32,000 bases of DNA from Promethearchaeota archaeon. GTDB lineage: Archaea > Asgardarchaeota > Lokiarchaeia > Sigyniarchaeales > SOKP01. The position numbers were made by a program, and so were the translations under genes. The stretch is taken from contig JAUWGH010000001.1 of assembly GCA_030606485.1 (NCBI GenBank), positions 810,001 to 842,000 on the forward strand, given 5' to 3'. The notes under the pieces are model-generated. The model saw only the letters and a program-made list of their open reading frames with translations, was not told the origin of the DNA and did not search any database. Positions 16,263 through 26,415 of the stretch are shown one piece after another. The first letter of the stretch is position 1. The number at the start of each line of letters is the position of its first letter.

Positions 16263-18167
16263 ATGACACAATTTGAAATACATTTTCAACCTGATGGAAG
16301 GAGAATTAATGTAGAACAAGGAATTTCGGTTCTTGAAGCAATAAATTTAACCGGGATTGATCTTGTTTCTCTTTGCGGTGGTAAAGGAACATGTGGAAAA
16401 TGCAAAATTATCATTGAAAAGGGGGAAATAAAAGAATCCTTAACAGAAAAAGAGAAAGAATTTTTAACAAAAGATCAGATTGATGAAAATTATCGATTAG
16501 CTTGTCGAATTAGAGTATTTAATAATTTAATAATAAGAATTCCTGAAGCAAGTCGAACTGGAAAACAAAGATTGCAAATTGAAGGGATTAAAGCACCGGT
16601 AAAAGTAGAACCGTTAATAAAAAAATTATTTATACAGCTTAAAAAACCTTCATTAGATGAACCCAAATCAGATATTGATCGTTTAAATGATTATATTCTA
16701 AAAAAATTTGGAATTTCAAAATTAAAATTTAATTTTGATGCATTAAAATCTCTTGGCACGGTAATTCGAGAAGATAATTATAAATTTACCGTGTGCATTT
16801 GGAATAATTCAGAAATTATAACAATAGAACCAGGAGATACTACTGAAAAAATATTTGGTTATTCTGTAGATATAGGAACAACTAAATTAGCTGGTTATCT
16901 CATAGATTTAACTAATGGAGAAGTTTTAGCAGCTGGAGGTTTGATGAACCCACAAATTCGCTTTGGAGAGGATGTAATTTCAAGAATTGCATATAAAGAC
17001 CCTCAACAAATGCATGATGTTGTTATTGAGGGACTCAATGAACTTTTGATTGATTTAACTAACAGAGTTTCAATTGATTTAGAAAATATTTATGAGATGA
17101 CAGCAGTCGGAAATACTTGTATGCATCATCTTTTCCTAAACTTAGATGCAAAGCAATTAGGTTATTCCCCCTATGTCCCGGTTATAAGAAATGGTTTAAG
17201 TGTTAAAAATAATAAAATTGGAATGAATATTAATAGATTCGGAAAAATTTTTACACTTCCCGTTGTAGCAGGCTTTGTAGGTGCTGATACAATCGGCGTG
17301 ATACTAGCCTCTGAAATATATAAGCGTGATGAATTATGTATGGCTTTAGATATAGGTACAAACACTGAAGTAGTTCTTGGTAATAAAGAACGTATTTTAG
17401 CTTGTGCTTGTGCTTCAGGTCCCGCTTTTGAAGGGGCACATATTAAATTTGGTATGCGTGCTGCAAATGGTGCAATTGAAAAAATAAAAATTAATCCTGA
17501 AACATTAGAACCTACTTATTATACAATTGATAATGTCAAACCTCGAGGCATTTGTGGCTCAGCAATTGTTGATATTCCTGCAGAAATGCTAAAAACAAAA
17601 ATAATCGATTTAAGAGGAAAAATAAATAAGAATCTTGAATCCGATAGAATAAGACAAGGTGATAATGGATATGAATATGTACTTGTATGGGGTAGAGATT
17701 CTTTCTCAAAGAGAGATATAACTATAAGTCAAAAAGATATTGGAGAAATAATTTTAGCAAAAGCAGCAATGCATACTGGAACAGAAATATTGATGCAAAA
17801 ATTCGGTGTAAAGGATGATGATATTGATAATTTGTTTATTGCAGGAGCATTTGGGACGCATATTGATATAGAAAATGCAAGGATGATAGGGATTTACCCA
17901 GAGATTTCTCTTGATAAAGTAAAAAGAATAGGAAATGCTGCTGGTACTGGTTCTCGAATGTGTTTAGTTTCAAAAACAATGAGAAAGCTCGCCGAGGAGA
18001 TCTCTAAAAAAATTGAGTATATTGAATTAGCAGTTCATCCTAATTTTCAAAGTATTTTCTTAAATTCTCATTATTTACCTTATGCAGATTTAGCAAGATA
18101 TCCAATAACTAGTGAATTTTTAAAAAAAATAGGAAATTATTCTGAAAAAAAAATTAGAATTTTTTAA
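16263..18167 (+). CDS. ASKHA-family reductive activator of corrinoid proteins (RACo/RamA/AcsV-like) with N-terminal [2Fe-2S] ferredoxin
   Basis: LCGGKGTCGKC...RLAC, VDIGTT, FGEDVISRI, LDIGTN, GPAFEG, GICGS, AGAFG, GNAAG. Confidence 0.92.
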   Translation: MTQFEIHFQPDGRRINVEQGISVLEAINLTGIDLVSLCGGKGTCGKCKIIIEKGEIKESLTEKEKEFLTKDQIDENYRLACRIRVFNNLIIRIPEASRTGKQRLQIEGIKAPVKVEPLIKKLFIQLKKPSLDEPKSDIDRLNDYILKKFGISKLKFNFDALKSLGTVIREDNYKFTVCIWNNSEIITIEPGDTTEKIFGYSVDIGTTKLAGYLIDLTNGEVLAAGGLMNPQIRFGEDVISRIAYKDPQQMHDVVIEGLNELLIDLTNRVSIDLENIYEMTAVGNTCMHHLFLNLDAKQLGYSPYVPVIRNGLSVKNNKIGMNINRFGKIFTLPVVAGFVGADTIGVILASEIYKRDELCMALDIGTNTEVVLGNKERILACACASGPAFEGAHIKFGMRAANGAIEKIKINPETLEPTYYTIDNVKPRGICGSAIVDIPAEMLKTKIIDLRGKINKNLESDRIRQGDNGYEYVLVWGRDSFSKRDITISQKDIGEIILAKAAMHTGTEILMQKFGVKDDDIDNLFIAGAFGTHIDIENARMIGIYPEISLDKVKRIGNAAGTGSRMCLVSKTMRKLAEEISKKIEYIELAVHPNFQSIFLNSHYLPYADLARYPITSEFLKKIGNYSEKKIRIF

Positions 18168-18181
18168 TTTGGTTTAAAATT

Positions 18182-18841
18182 ATGAGAAAAATTATCGATA
18201 ATTTATATCATGTTGGAGATTCTGGTTGTTCCATTTTTATGGTAAACTCAGGAACTGAAGGAGGTTTAATTCTAATAGATTGTGGAATGGACATTGGTTT
18301 AATTCAAAAAACTAAAAATGAGGGATTCAAGCCAAGAAATATAAAGCATTGTTTTTTGACACATTGTCACATTGATCATATTGCAGCATGTAGTGATTTA
18401 TTAGCTATTACACCAGATGTAAAATTTTATGCTCATGAATTAGATGCGGATCCAATAGAAAAAAAAGGCTTTGATAATAAAACTGCAGCTAGCTGGTATG
18501 GTGTGAAATATCAACCAATTAAATTATTTAAGAGAATTAAAGAGGAAGTAGAAGAGTTTTCTATTGGGAATTATATTTTTAAAAGTATACACACTCCTGG
18601 TCATACTCCAGGATCAATTTCTATTTATGTGAAATTGGGAGATAAAGGAGTTCTTTTTGGGCAGGATATTCATGGACCCTTTATGGAAAGTTTTAGTTCG
18701 AATTTAGAGGATTATCAGAAATCTATGCAGAAATTATTGAACTTAAATGCTGATATATTATGTGAAGGGCATTTTGGTGTTTTTGAGTCAGCAGAAAAGG
18801 TGAGAAAATATATTAAAGGTTATATGGAAAGCAATCGATAA
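18182..18841 (+). CDS. Metallo-beta-lactamase-fold hydrolase (glyoxalase II-like)
   Basis: LIDCG, THCHIDH, HTPGHTPGS, LCEGH. Confidence 0.9.
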   Translation: MRKIIDNLYHVGDSGCSIFMVNSGTEGGLILIDCGMDIGLIQKTKNEGFKPRNIKHCFLTHCHIDHIAACSDLLAITPDVKFYAHELDADPIEKKGFDNKTAASWYGVKYQPIKLFKRIKEEVEEFSIGNYIFKSIHTPGHTPGSISIYVKLGDKGVLFGQDIHGPFMESFSSNLEDYQKSMQKLLNLNADILCEGHFGVFESAEKVRKYIKGYMESNR

Positions 18842-18886
18842 TTACTGCGATAATAATTCAAAAAAAGACATAATTATTATGGATTC

Positions 18887-19201
18887 ATGAAGGTTAAATC
18901 AAGAAAAAAAGATAATCTGATAATTGGTATTTCATTTTGGGCAACAGGAATTATTTTTCTAATCCTGTCCTATTTGTGTTTTATCAATGTAATTCAAAAT
19001 TTAAATTTTCAAATTTGTGGAAGTGCATGTGAATATTGGTGGAGCTGGCTCTGGAATTTTCCTCCCCAACCACCTTGCATTTTAATATGTATTCCTCGTA
19101 ATAATTTATATAAGCCGTTTTTTGTAGTTGGGCTCATCTTGATTTTATTTGAACTTCTTAGAGAATTTATAATATTACTTGGGATTAAAATCAAGAAGTG
19201 A
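18887..19201 (+). CDS. Small two-TM membrane protein with a Cys/Trp/Pro-rich loop
   Basis: Two hydrophobic segments flank ICGSACEYWWSWLWNFPPQPPCILICIP. Co-directional, 45 bp after the MBL gene. Confidence 0.65.
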   Translation: MKVKSRKKDNLIIGISFWATGIIFLILSYLCFINVIQNLNFQICGSACEYWWSWLWNFPPQPPCILICIPRNNLYKPFFVVGLILILFELLREFIILLGIKIKK

Positions 19202-20170
19202 TTTATTAAAAATCAAACGTTCTATCCAAGCACTTTGAATTCTTTCGAACATTTTTTTTTCATATTTCAAATTTGAGAGAGCCAGTATTCGAGAAAATAT
19301 TTCAGAAGGAATCAATATTACATTAGATCTATTTCTTTTCTTAATTGACTCATCTAAAGATACCGGTTTTTCTAATTGTAGGATATTAGGCTTAGGATCA
19401 GGATCAGAATAATATTTCTTAAACTTTCGCCAAGCATTATAGTATATATTTCGCGTATCAAAACCTTCCATATTATTTGGTCTACCCAACTTCTTGAGAT
19501 GATCGCGATATTTTCTTTTAATAAACTTAATTCTATTATCTTCAGATTGTATTTCTCTAATTTCTTCATTAAATAATGAATTTTTATTAAATGGGATGAG
19601 ATTACCTGTATGGATCAACATAAATTTTGGTGGATAAATCTGATCTGCTGTAATTTTAGCGGATAATTCTGGATCGCTACTTGCAATTGCGAAATATTTA
19701 ATTAACTGTGCAATTTCAGGTTCTCCCACAACGGTCTTACTAAAATAAGCCTTAAGTTCAATATAACATAAATACTTTCCTTTTGTTAATAGCATATCCG
19801 GAGTATTTTGATTTAAACTAGGTTCAATTTCAATTTTATAACCTAATTTTTCAAAGTAACTAGAAACAATTTGCATAAGACATTCTTCACGCTGTTTCTG
19901 AGCACTTTCAGGATCTTGGCCACCAAGTTCGCAAATTACTTTCCAAATGCTAAGATCGTTTTTTGATTTCCAAGAGTCCTTATTAGATGAAATTAAAGTT
20001 TTAAATACATTATCTTGTTTGTTTTCTTTTTTGTAAAATCTCAATGCAATTTTGTCTTTGACGTACCCCTTTTGATAAGTAAAAATTGTAGGAGTTCGCG
20101 GTTTATTATCCATTTTTAATCGAATTTTCTTTGAAACTGGATGAAACCGCGATGAATCTGATTTACCCAT
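19175..20170 (-). CDS. PD-(D/E)XK nuclease, Mrr-like restriction endonuclease domain
   Basis: E...YFEKLGYKIE...PDMLL...YIELKAY...VVGEPEIAQL. Start moved to ATG 20170 (MGKSDSS) to remove the overlap with the PAP2 gene. Confidence 0.75.
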   Translation of the reverse strand: MGKSDSSRFHPVSKKIRLKMDNKPRTPTIFTYQKGYVKDKIALRFYKKENKQDNVFKTLISSNKDSWKSKNDLSIWKVICELGGQDPESAQKQREECLMQIVSSYFEKLGYKIEIEPSLNQNTPDMLLTKGKYLCYIELKAYFSKTVVGEPEIAQLIKYFAIASSDPELSAKITADQIYPPKFMLIHTGNLIPFNKNSLFNEEIREIQSEDNRIKFIKRKYRDHLKKLGRPNNMEGFDTRNIYYNAWRKFKKYYSDPDPKPNILQLEKPVSLDESIKKRNRSNVILIPSEIFSRILALSNLKYEKKMFERIQSAWIERLIFNKSLLDFNPK

Positions 20171-20231
20171 ATAAAATGTATAATTATTCTTTACCAAAAA
20201 AATTATCGAAAAAAGATGAAAAATAAATATT

Positions 20232-21095
20232 TTAATTGCTTTTGGTAGAGAAATAATATTTTTTATATAAAAAGAGAAATATAACCACAGCCATTCCCGT
20301 TGAGAATAAAGTGTCAGAAGCATAATGGGCTCCTATTACTATTCTACCCAATGCTTCAATAATACCCCAAGCGATAACTAATATTACAGTTAGATATTTA
20401 ATTACTTTATTCTTATCTAAGATTAAAAGAATTAATGGTAATAACATCCATCCCATTGCGCAATGTCCTGAGGGAAATGATTGATTACTAGTATATCCTT
20501 GAGGAATAAACCAGGGAGTGAATTCTGGATAACCTGGAGGTGTTAGATCCCTAAATCTTACCCTTCCCCAGAGGAGTTTGACTATCTGAATTAAAATCAA
20601 AGGATTTATTATAGCTAATAACAGTGTTATTTGTCCAAATTTTATATATGGTTGAAATTTATCTGAGGGGATTTTTTTAAAAACAAAATGTAAAATTAAT
20701 CCTACAACAATTCCGAAAGAAGGGATTAGAAAATATTCATAAATTCCAATATTCATTAGATTTCCTTCTGAGACTAACTCATCAATTATTCTATATAAAA
20801 GTAAAATAATCGCAATTATAATTGTTGCAATGAAGATTATATATTTCCCTTTCCCTGATCTATCAACACTTCCAATAAGAACATATATACTTATAAAAAC
20901 CATTATCCAACCAGGATATTCCCCATAATCTGCAATAAATTTAGCCCAGATTGAATTTTCATCTACAATTCCTATTGAAATCTGGAGATCAGTGAAACCA
21001 AAAATTATAGCCAATATAATCCAGATTAAAATAACTGGGATTACAAGTTTTCTAGCGAAACTATCTTTCCATTCCGATACTTCTTTTTTTTCCAT
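20232..21095 (-). CDS. PAP2-family membrane phosphatase
   Basis: C1 KLLWGRVRF, C2 SFPSGH, C3 GRIVIGAHYASD; multiple TM segments. Confidence 0.92.
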   Translation of the reverse strand: MEKKEVSEWKDSFARKLVIPVILIWIILAIIFGFTDLQISIGIVDENSIWAKFIADYGEYPGWIMVFISIYVLIGSVDRSGKGKYIIFIATIIIAIILLLYRIIDELVSEGNLMNIGIYEYFLIPSFGIVVGLILHFVFKKIPSDKFQPYIKFGQITLLLAIINPLILIQIVKLLWGRVRFRDLTPPGYPEFTPWFIPQGYTSNQSFPSGHCAMGWMLLPLILLILDKNKVIKYLTVILVIAWGIIEALGRIVIGAHYASDTLFSTGMAVVIFLFLYKKYYFSTKSN

Positions 21096-21230
21096 AAATT
21101 ACACATCTTATTTTTTTTTATTAATAATTCACTCTTTTCTAATATAAATTTTTATATACCTATTGCTCGTCCAATTTCTTGACTACTTCACTTTAAAATA
21201 TTAATTTATTGAGGAATTATTGAATAATTT

Positions 21231-22436
21231 TTAAAACAACAATGTTATAATAATTTGATAAATCAAATTTGGATTTTTTTTCAAAATTCGGAATAGGAAT
21301 TTCAAAAAAGTGAAATTTCTTGCTAATTTAAAAATTAAACTCCAAGGAAAATCCATATCTCCATATAAAGAAATTATTTTTTCAATTTTTGTAGTTTTAA
21401 TAATCTTAAACAACTCATCAAAGTCATTTGAATTAAAATTTTCAAAGATAATCCTAATTAAATAATTAATATTTAATTGCTTTCCAATAGTTCGAGCACA
21501 TACTTTCTCATAATTCTTTTTTATAAAATTTTTAGAAAAACAGTTTTCTTTAAAACATTTTATTATACAGGTTGCAGCAATTTTCGAAGCACTTAAAAGC
21601 ATTATAATGCCCCCACCTGTAGTAGCTTTAACTTGACATGCAGAATCTCCCAATAGAAGAATGTTTTCAAATGCTATTTTATTCATCTTACCTATTGGAA
21701 TTATACCTCCTTGTTGAGATATTTTATTTTTTTTTTCAATATTTAACTGGTTTAGAAAAATTTTAAATTTCTTCGAAATATTTCTTGAAGAAGCTAACCC
21801 AATTCGATATATATTATTACCTTCAGGAACTATCCATCCAAGGAGTTCTTTCCATCGATGGTCAAAATATAAATAAACTTTATTTTCATCAAAATTTTCA
21901 TTTATACGAATTTGAATAGCAGAAATAGTGTTGTTTTGAACATCTAATAATTTTCCAACTGTTGACATTGGACCATCACATCCAACTAGAATTTTTGCTG
22001 AAATTATTCTTCTTGCTGTTTCAATCTGAATTAGTTTTTGATTATTTTCTTTAAAATAGTGAAAGTTTTTAAATTTCTCAACGAGAAAATATTCAATATT
22101 TTGTTTGATTTGGTTTTTTTTATAAAATAATCGATCCAATGCAACTCTATCGATAATATATGGCTCCTCATCACCAGATAATTCAATAGATCTACCTGAG
22201 GGACTAAAAATCTTAGCTGTTTTAACTCGATTTAAGATGATCTCTTCAGGAACATCTATCAATTGAGTTAGCTTTTTTGATATAATTCCTGCGCAGGTTA
22301 GCGGCATTCCAATTTCCTTATGTTCTTCGATTACTGCAATATTTAACCCACTTCTTGAAAGCAAATATGCTAAGTAATTTCCTGCTATACTAGCCCCAAT
22401 GATACACACATCATAAATCTTAATTGAATTATTCAT
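21231..22436 (-). CDS. Geranylgeranyl reductase-family FAD oxidoreductase (DGGR-like)
   Basis: IIGASIAG, CAGIIS, DRVALD, VGCDG, GWIVP, GDSACQVKATTGGGI. Confidence 0.88.
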   Translation of the reverse strand: MNNSIKIYDVCIIGASIAGNYLAYLLSRSGLNIAVIEEHKEIGMPLTCAGIISKKLTQLIDVPEEIILNRVKTAKIFSPSGRSIELSGDEEPYIIDRVALDRLFYKKNQIKQNIEYFLVEKFKNFHYFKENNQKLIQIETARRIISAKILVGCDGPMSTVGKLLDVQNNTISAIQIRINENFDENKVYLYFDHRWKELLGWIVPEGNNIYRIGLASSRNISKKFKIFLNQLNIEKKNKISQQGGIIPIGKMNKIAFENILLLGDSACQVKATTGGGIIMLLSASKIAATCIIKCFKENCFSKNFIKKNYEKVCARTIGKQLNINYLIRIIFENFNSNDFDELFKIIKTTKIEKIISLYGDMDFPWSLIFKLARNFTFLKFLFRILKKNPNLIYQIIITLLF

Positions 22437-22521
22437 TTTATACTTTATTTTTACTGCTATCTAAGTAAAAAATTAAGTCTTAATAAAAAATAGTAGATTG
22501 TAAGATAAAAATTCTTAAAAA

Positions 22522-22977
22522 TTATTCCTTTTCGAAAGCTCTTTTTCCCAGATAAATAAATAGTTCTACAATTTCAAATGTAGTCAAAGGCTTTATTAAA
22601 TTAGCCATATTGAGTCGTCCGTCCACTTGCGAAAAATCCGATGTTATTAAATTTTTAATGTCTTCAACATAGTCGTCCATATCTAGAAATAATATTTCAA
22701 TCTTATCTACCCCTGTTAACTCTGAAATTTCTTTATCTAAGTGCTTCTCAATTTCATTCAAAAGACCTAGTTTATAATTTACAGGTAAATCACAATATTT
22801 TATCAATCGATTCATTTCATCTATAACAATTTTCAGCGTTAAATGCCAATCAGCATTTTCTTTATATTGAGGGATTAAAACTTCGGAAATTATCGTTTCA
22901 TAGAGGTTTTTCGGCTCTTTAGCATCAAATTCCAATTCTGTCCCGGTCGATATTTTAACTTTCTTCTTTTCTGACAT
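22522..22977 (-). CDS. Hypothetical protein (151 aa, predicted helical)
   Basis: Unopposed open frame with host-like composition; no motif recognised. Confidence 0.7.
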   Translation of the reverse strand: MSEKKKVKISTGTELEFDAKEPKNLYETIISEVLIPQYKENADWHLTLKIVIDEMNRLIKYCDLPVNYKLGLLNEIEKHLDKEISELTGVDKIEILFLDMDDYVEDIKNLITSDFSQVDGRLNMANLIKPLTTFEIVELFIYLGKRAFEKE

Positions 22978-23128
22978 GATTAATTCTCAATTCTTATATC
23001 TATATATTAAATTAAAACACTGAAATATTAAATTATCTTCTACCTTTTTTTATTTTTAGGATTTTATTAATTGAATATAATAATAATTATATTTTTTATA
23101 AGCTACTAAAAAAAGTTTTGGAAGTATC

Positions 23129-24952
23129 ATGCCGATTTATACTGGTGGAGAAATAATAGTTAAATATTTAATTAAAGAAAGGGTTCCTTATGTAGTAGGA
23201 ATTCCCGGGCACGGAAATCTCGGCCTTGTTGATGCATTTTATAAGAATAGAGATTCCATTAAAGTAATTCAACCCAAGCAAGAAAATTGTGCTGTTCACT
23301 TAGCAGTTGGATATTATAGAGTTACGGGGCAACCATTAGCTGTTTTTACTTCAATTGGTCCTGGAGCTATTAATACGGCAATTGGATTGGCTGACGCATA
23401 TGTCGACTCTATGCCTGTTTTGGTTATAACTGGTGATACTCATGTGCATATGCGGGGTAAAGGAGTACTTCAAGAAATTGAAAGGAAAAGAGATTCAGAT
23501 TTTCCTCGTATATTAGAACCATTGTGTAAGCGAACCTGGCAAGTTGCAAAGGTTAATCAACTCCCAACTATAATGCAACGTGCATTTAATCATATGTTAA
23601 CTGGAAGAAGGGGTCCTGTCCATATCGATTTACCGATGGATGTTCAGTCAAATTCTATTGATTGCGATATTCCAGAACCATTGGAAAGACGATCTATGGG
23701 CAAATTATTAGGAGATCCAGATTTAATAGAAAAATCAATTGACTTAATCAAGACATCAAAACGTCCAGTAATACTACTTGGTGGTGGTGCCGTTATGTCA
23801 GGTGCGTTTAAAGAAATAAAAACTCTTGCAGAAAAAATTGGAGCCGCCGTAATTACAACTATGATGGGTAAGAGTGCATTTCCAAATGACCATCCATTAT
23901 TCGCATGGCATACTGGTTCTAAAGGAACTACTTGTGGATTAGAGTTAAGCTCTAAAGCTGATGTTTTAATAGCAATTGGTTGTAGATTTGCAGATGAAAC
24001 TGCATCATCATATAAAAAAGGCGTTAGTTTTTCCATTCCTCCAACTAAATTAATTCAAATAGATATAGATCCTTCAGAAATCGGAAAGAATTATCCTGTA
24101 TCAGTGGGAATCGTGGGAGATGCTAAAGCGATTTTAAAACAAATATTAGATAAATTAAATGAGCAAAAATTCAAGGTTGACTATAAAAAAACACAGTATT
24201 ATAGTGAAATTCAGTCTTTAAAAGAAAAATGGTTTAGGTTTTTAGATGATTTTAGAGATGATTCAAAAGTTCCTGTAATGATTTCAACCGCTTTAAAAGA
24301 AATTCGAAAATTTTTCAAGAGAGATGCAATAATAGTAACCAGTTCAGGAAATGTACAAGCCCAAATGCTCCAAGAACTCCCATTTTATGAACCTAAAACT
24401 TGTATAACAGCAGGTGGATTTTCGACTATGGGTTATACATTACCAGCTGCAATCGGTGCAAAATTAGGTGTTAATGATTTAGGAAAACCAGAAACAGAAG
24501 TCGTTGGACTCTTAGGAGATGGTGATTTTATGATGAGTATGCAAGAATTATCAACTGTTGCTCAATTAAAACTATCTAATTTCTTCATAATAATCTTTAA
24601 TAACATGGGATGGATTGCAATAAAGGATTTACAACAAGCAGCCTATGGCGAGGAAAGAGCTTGGGCTAATGATTTCTATGATATAGATGGAAAAATTTAT
24701 AGTCCGAATTTTGCGGAGGTAGCGAAAGCATTCGATTGTTATGGTGAGAGGATATCTAAAAGAGAAGAAATAATACCCACGTTAAAAAAAGCTTCAGAAT
24801 CAGGAAAGCCAGCAATAATAGAGATTATGGTAAATCGCGAATTTCCATATTCTGGCTCACCTGCAGTTGGTTGGTGGGACGTACCTAGGCCAACATATCT
24901 TAAAGAACAACGTAGAACATATGAAGAAGAAATTAAAGAAGAAAGATTATAA
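23129..24952 (+). CDS. Thiamine pyrophosphate-dependent enzyme, acetolactate synthase superfamily with IolD-like motifs
   Basis: GIPGHGN, catalytic Glu in KQENCA, TSIGPG, GCRFADE, TPP motif GDGDF...NN, C-terminal GWWDVP. Confidence 0.9.
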   Translation: MPIYTGGEIIVKYLIKERVPYVVGIPGHGNLGLVDAFYKNRDSIKVIQPKQENCAVHLAVGYYRVTGQPLAVFTSIGPGAINTAIGLADAYVDSMPVLVITGDTHVHMRGKGVLQEIERKRDSDFPRILEPLCKRTWQVAKVNQLPTIMQRAFNHMLTGRRGPVHIDLPMDVQSNSIDCDIPEPLERRSMGKLLGDPDLIEKSIDLIKTSKRPVILLGGGAVMSGAFKEIKTLAEKIGAAVITTMMGKSAFPNDHPLFAWHTGSKGTTCGLELSSKADVLIAIGCRFADETASSYKKGVSFSIPPTKLIQIDIDPSEIGKNYPVSVGIVGDAKAILKQILDKLNEQKFKVDYKKTQYYSEIQSLKEKWFRFLDDFRDDSKVPVMISTALKEIRKFFKRDAIIVTSSGNVQAQMLQELPFYEPKTCITAGGFSTMGYTLPAAIGAKLGVNDLGKPETEVVGLLGDGDFMMSMQELSTVAQLKLSNFFIIIFNNMGWIAIKDLQQAAYGEERAWANDFYDIDGKIYSPNFAEVAKAFDCYGERISKREEIIPTLKKASESGKPAIIEIMVNREFPYSGSPAVGWWDVPRPTYLKEQRRTYEEEIKEERL

Positions 24953-25002
24953 ATAATAATTAAATATCGTGTGGTCAACTTCCGCCGTTTATTGGTAATA
25001 TG

Positions 25003-26415
25003 TTATTGATTAATTTTCATATTCTTTTTTCTTTGTATCTCAGAAATCCAATCATCGATTTTTTTTATCAATTCTCGTTTTTCTTTTAGCCCTAACCCTA
25101 GACTTGCTTCCTTACGTTGATAAATATTTGCATATTTGCTCATCTCCCACATATAATCCGATTGCAGTATAATTTTCCTCAGATTATCCCGAGCTAGTTC
25201 AAATGCTTTCCCAATGGATTGCATTTCGAAATTTTCTTCAATAATTTTTTTCAAGTATAAAAGAATTTCCACAATATCACCTTTTGGCGGCTGGGGAAGC
25301 GGCTTACTTTCAACCTCGCGACTTTTCATCAGCCTTAATTCAAATTTTTCCTCTTCTTCTTTAGACTCATTGATTTCGGGTATTTCAATTTTATCTATAT
25401 CGGAAGGTTGCATGAATTCCATATAACGCTTCGTATATTCAGCTGCTAGATCCAACTTTTCCTTAACATTTCTCTTGAATTGATTGGGCCATTCAATAAA
25501 AGAGTCCATACGGCTCTCTGCAGAGAAGAATATTGATTCCTTTAGCATCCTTTTTGGGAGAGTTATATTTCTATCTTTAGGAAGTTGTGGAGTGCTAGGT
25601 ATCAATATTTTTGAAGCATTTTCAAGTATTGAGGATAACAAAATAGGATCATATTCGAGATTGGAATAAATTTTCTTCAAATTTAAGATAATTTCTCTAA
25701 TTTTAAGGATTTCTAAGGGGGAAAAATTTTCTTTTAAGATCTCATCTGCTCCGAAGATGATATCATTTATTCCTGCTCTTGAATTAATATAATTACGTAC
25801 TTTATTTTCATTCATTTTTTTTGATACTAAGATTTTATTGTAAAAATCCCCGTGTGTGCTTAATAGTAAATGACCATCTATATCCAATAGATACGTATCT
25901 GGTTTGCGGATTTCATCCATCATATCCAAAATAATATCCTTATTTGGAATAAATACATTTCTCATTAAAGTTCCCTTAATAAATGTTTTCTGGGTATCAG
26001 ATTTGTTAGATAAATCAATTGGAACTTTAATTACCTCTTCGCCAATAATTACATCGCGATCACTCTCTAATGTAATGTTTTTCGAGGTCGCCATATGATC
26101 GTAAACAAAATCCGATAAAATTAATCCAGTTAGTTGTTTTTTATCTATAATATACTTACCATGTTGAAGTTCAAATTTTGTGTAATAATATCCCAAACCA
26201 AATAGAAAATGAAGCGTTCCATTTTCTATGGTAATTGAACTTTCAATTCCAGTTAAAAAGACTACAAAATCAGAGTGGATTTTCGATATATCTTGACTTA
26301 CATATTTACCCAATGTAGGATAACCTAATAAATCTCCCCAGCTAGGAATAATAAAGAGCATATTATTTGTAATTAACTTATCTTGCATGATTTCACTACG
26401 CGAGTTGGATTCCAT
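25003..26415 (-). CDS. Hypothetical protein (470 aa): unknown N-terminal globular domain, Pro-rich linker, C-terminal helical domain shared with 7136..8074
   Basis: Long open frame; KPLPQPPKG precedes a domain that aligns with the C-terminus of 7136..8074. Confidence 0.8.
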   Translation of the reverse strand: MESNSRSEIMQDKLITNNMLFIIPSWGDLLGYPTLGKYVSQDISKIHSDFVVFLTGIESSITIENGTLHFLFGLGYYYTKFELQHGKYIIDKKQLTGLILSDFVYDHMATSKNITLESDRDVIIGEEVIKVPIDLSNKSDTQKTFIKGTLMRNVFIPNKDIILDMMDEIRKPDTYLLDIDGHLLLSTHGDFYNKILVSKKMNENKVRNYINSRAGINDIIFGADEILKENFSPLEILKIREIILNLKKIYSNLEYDPILLSSILENASKILIPSTPQLPKDRNITLPKRMLKESIFFSAESRMDSFIEWPNQFKRNVKEKLDLAAEYTKRYMEFMQPSDIDKIEIPEINESKEEEEKFELRLMKSREVESKPLPQPPKGDIVEILLYLKKIIEENFEMQSIGKAFELARDNLRKIILQSDYMWEMSKYANIYQRKEASLGLGLKEKRELIKKIDDWISEIQRKKNMKINQ

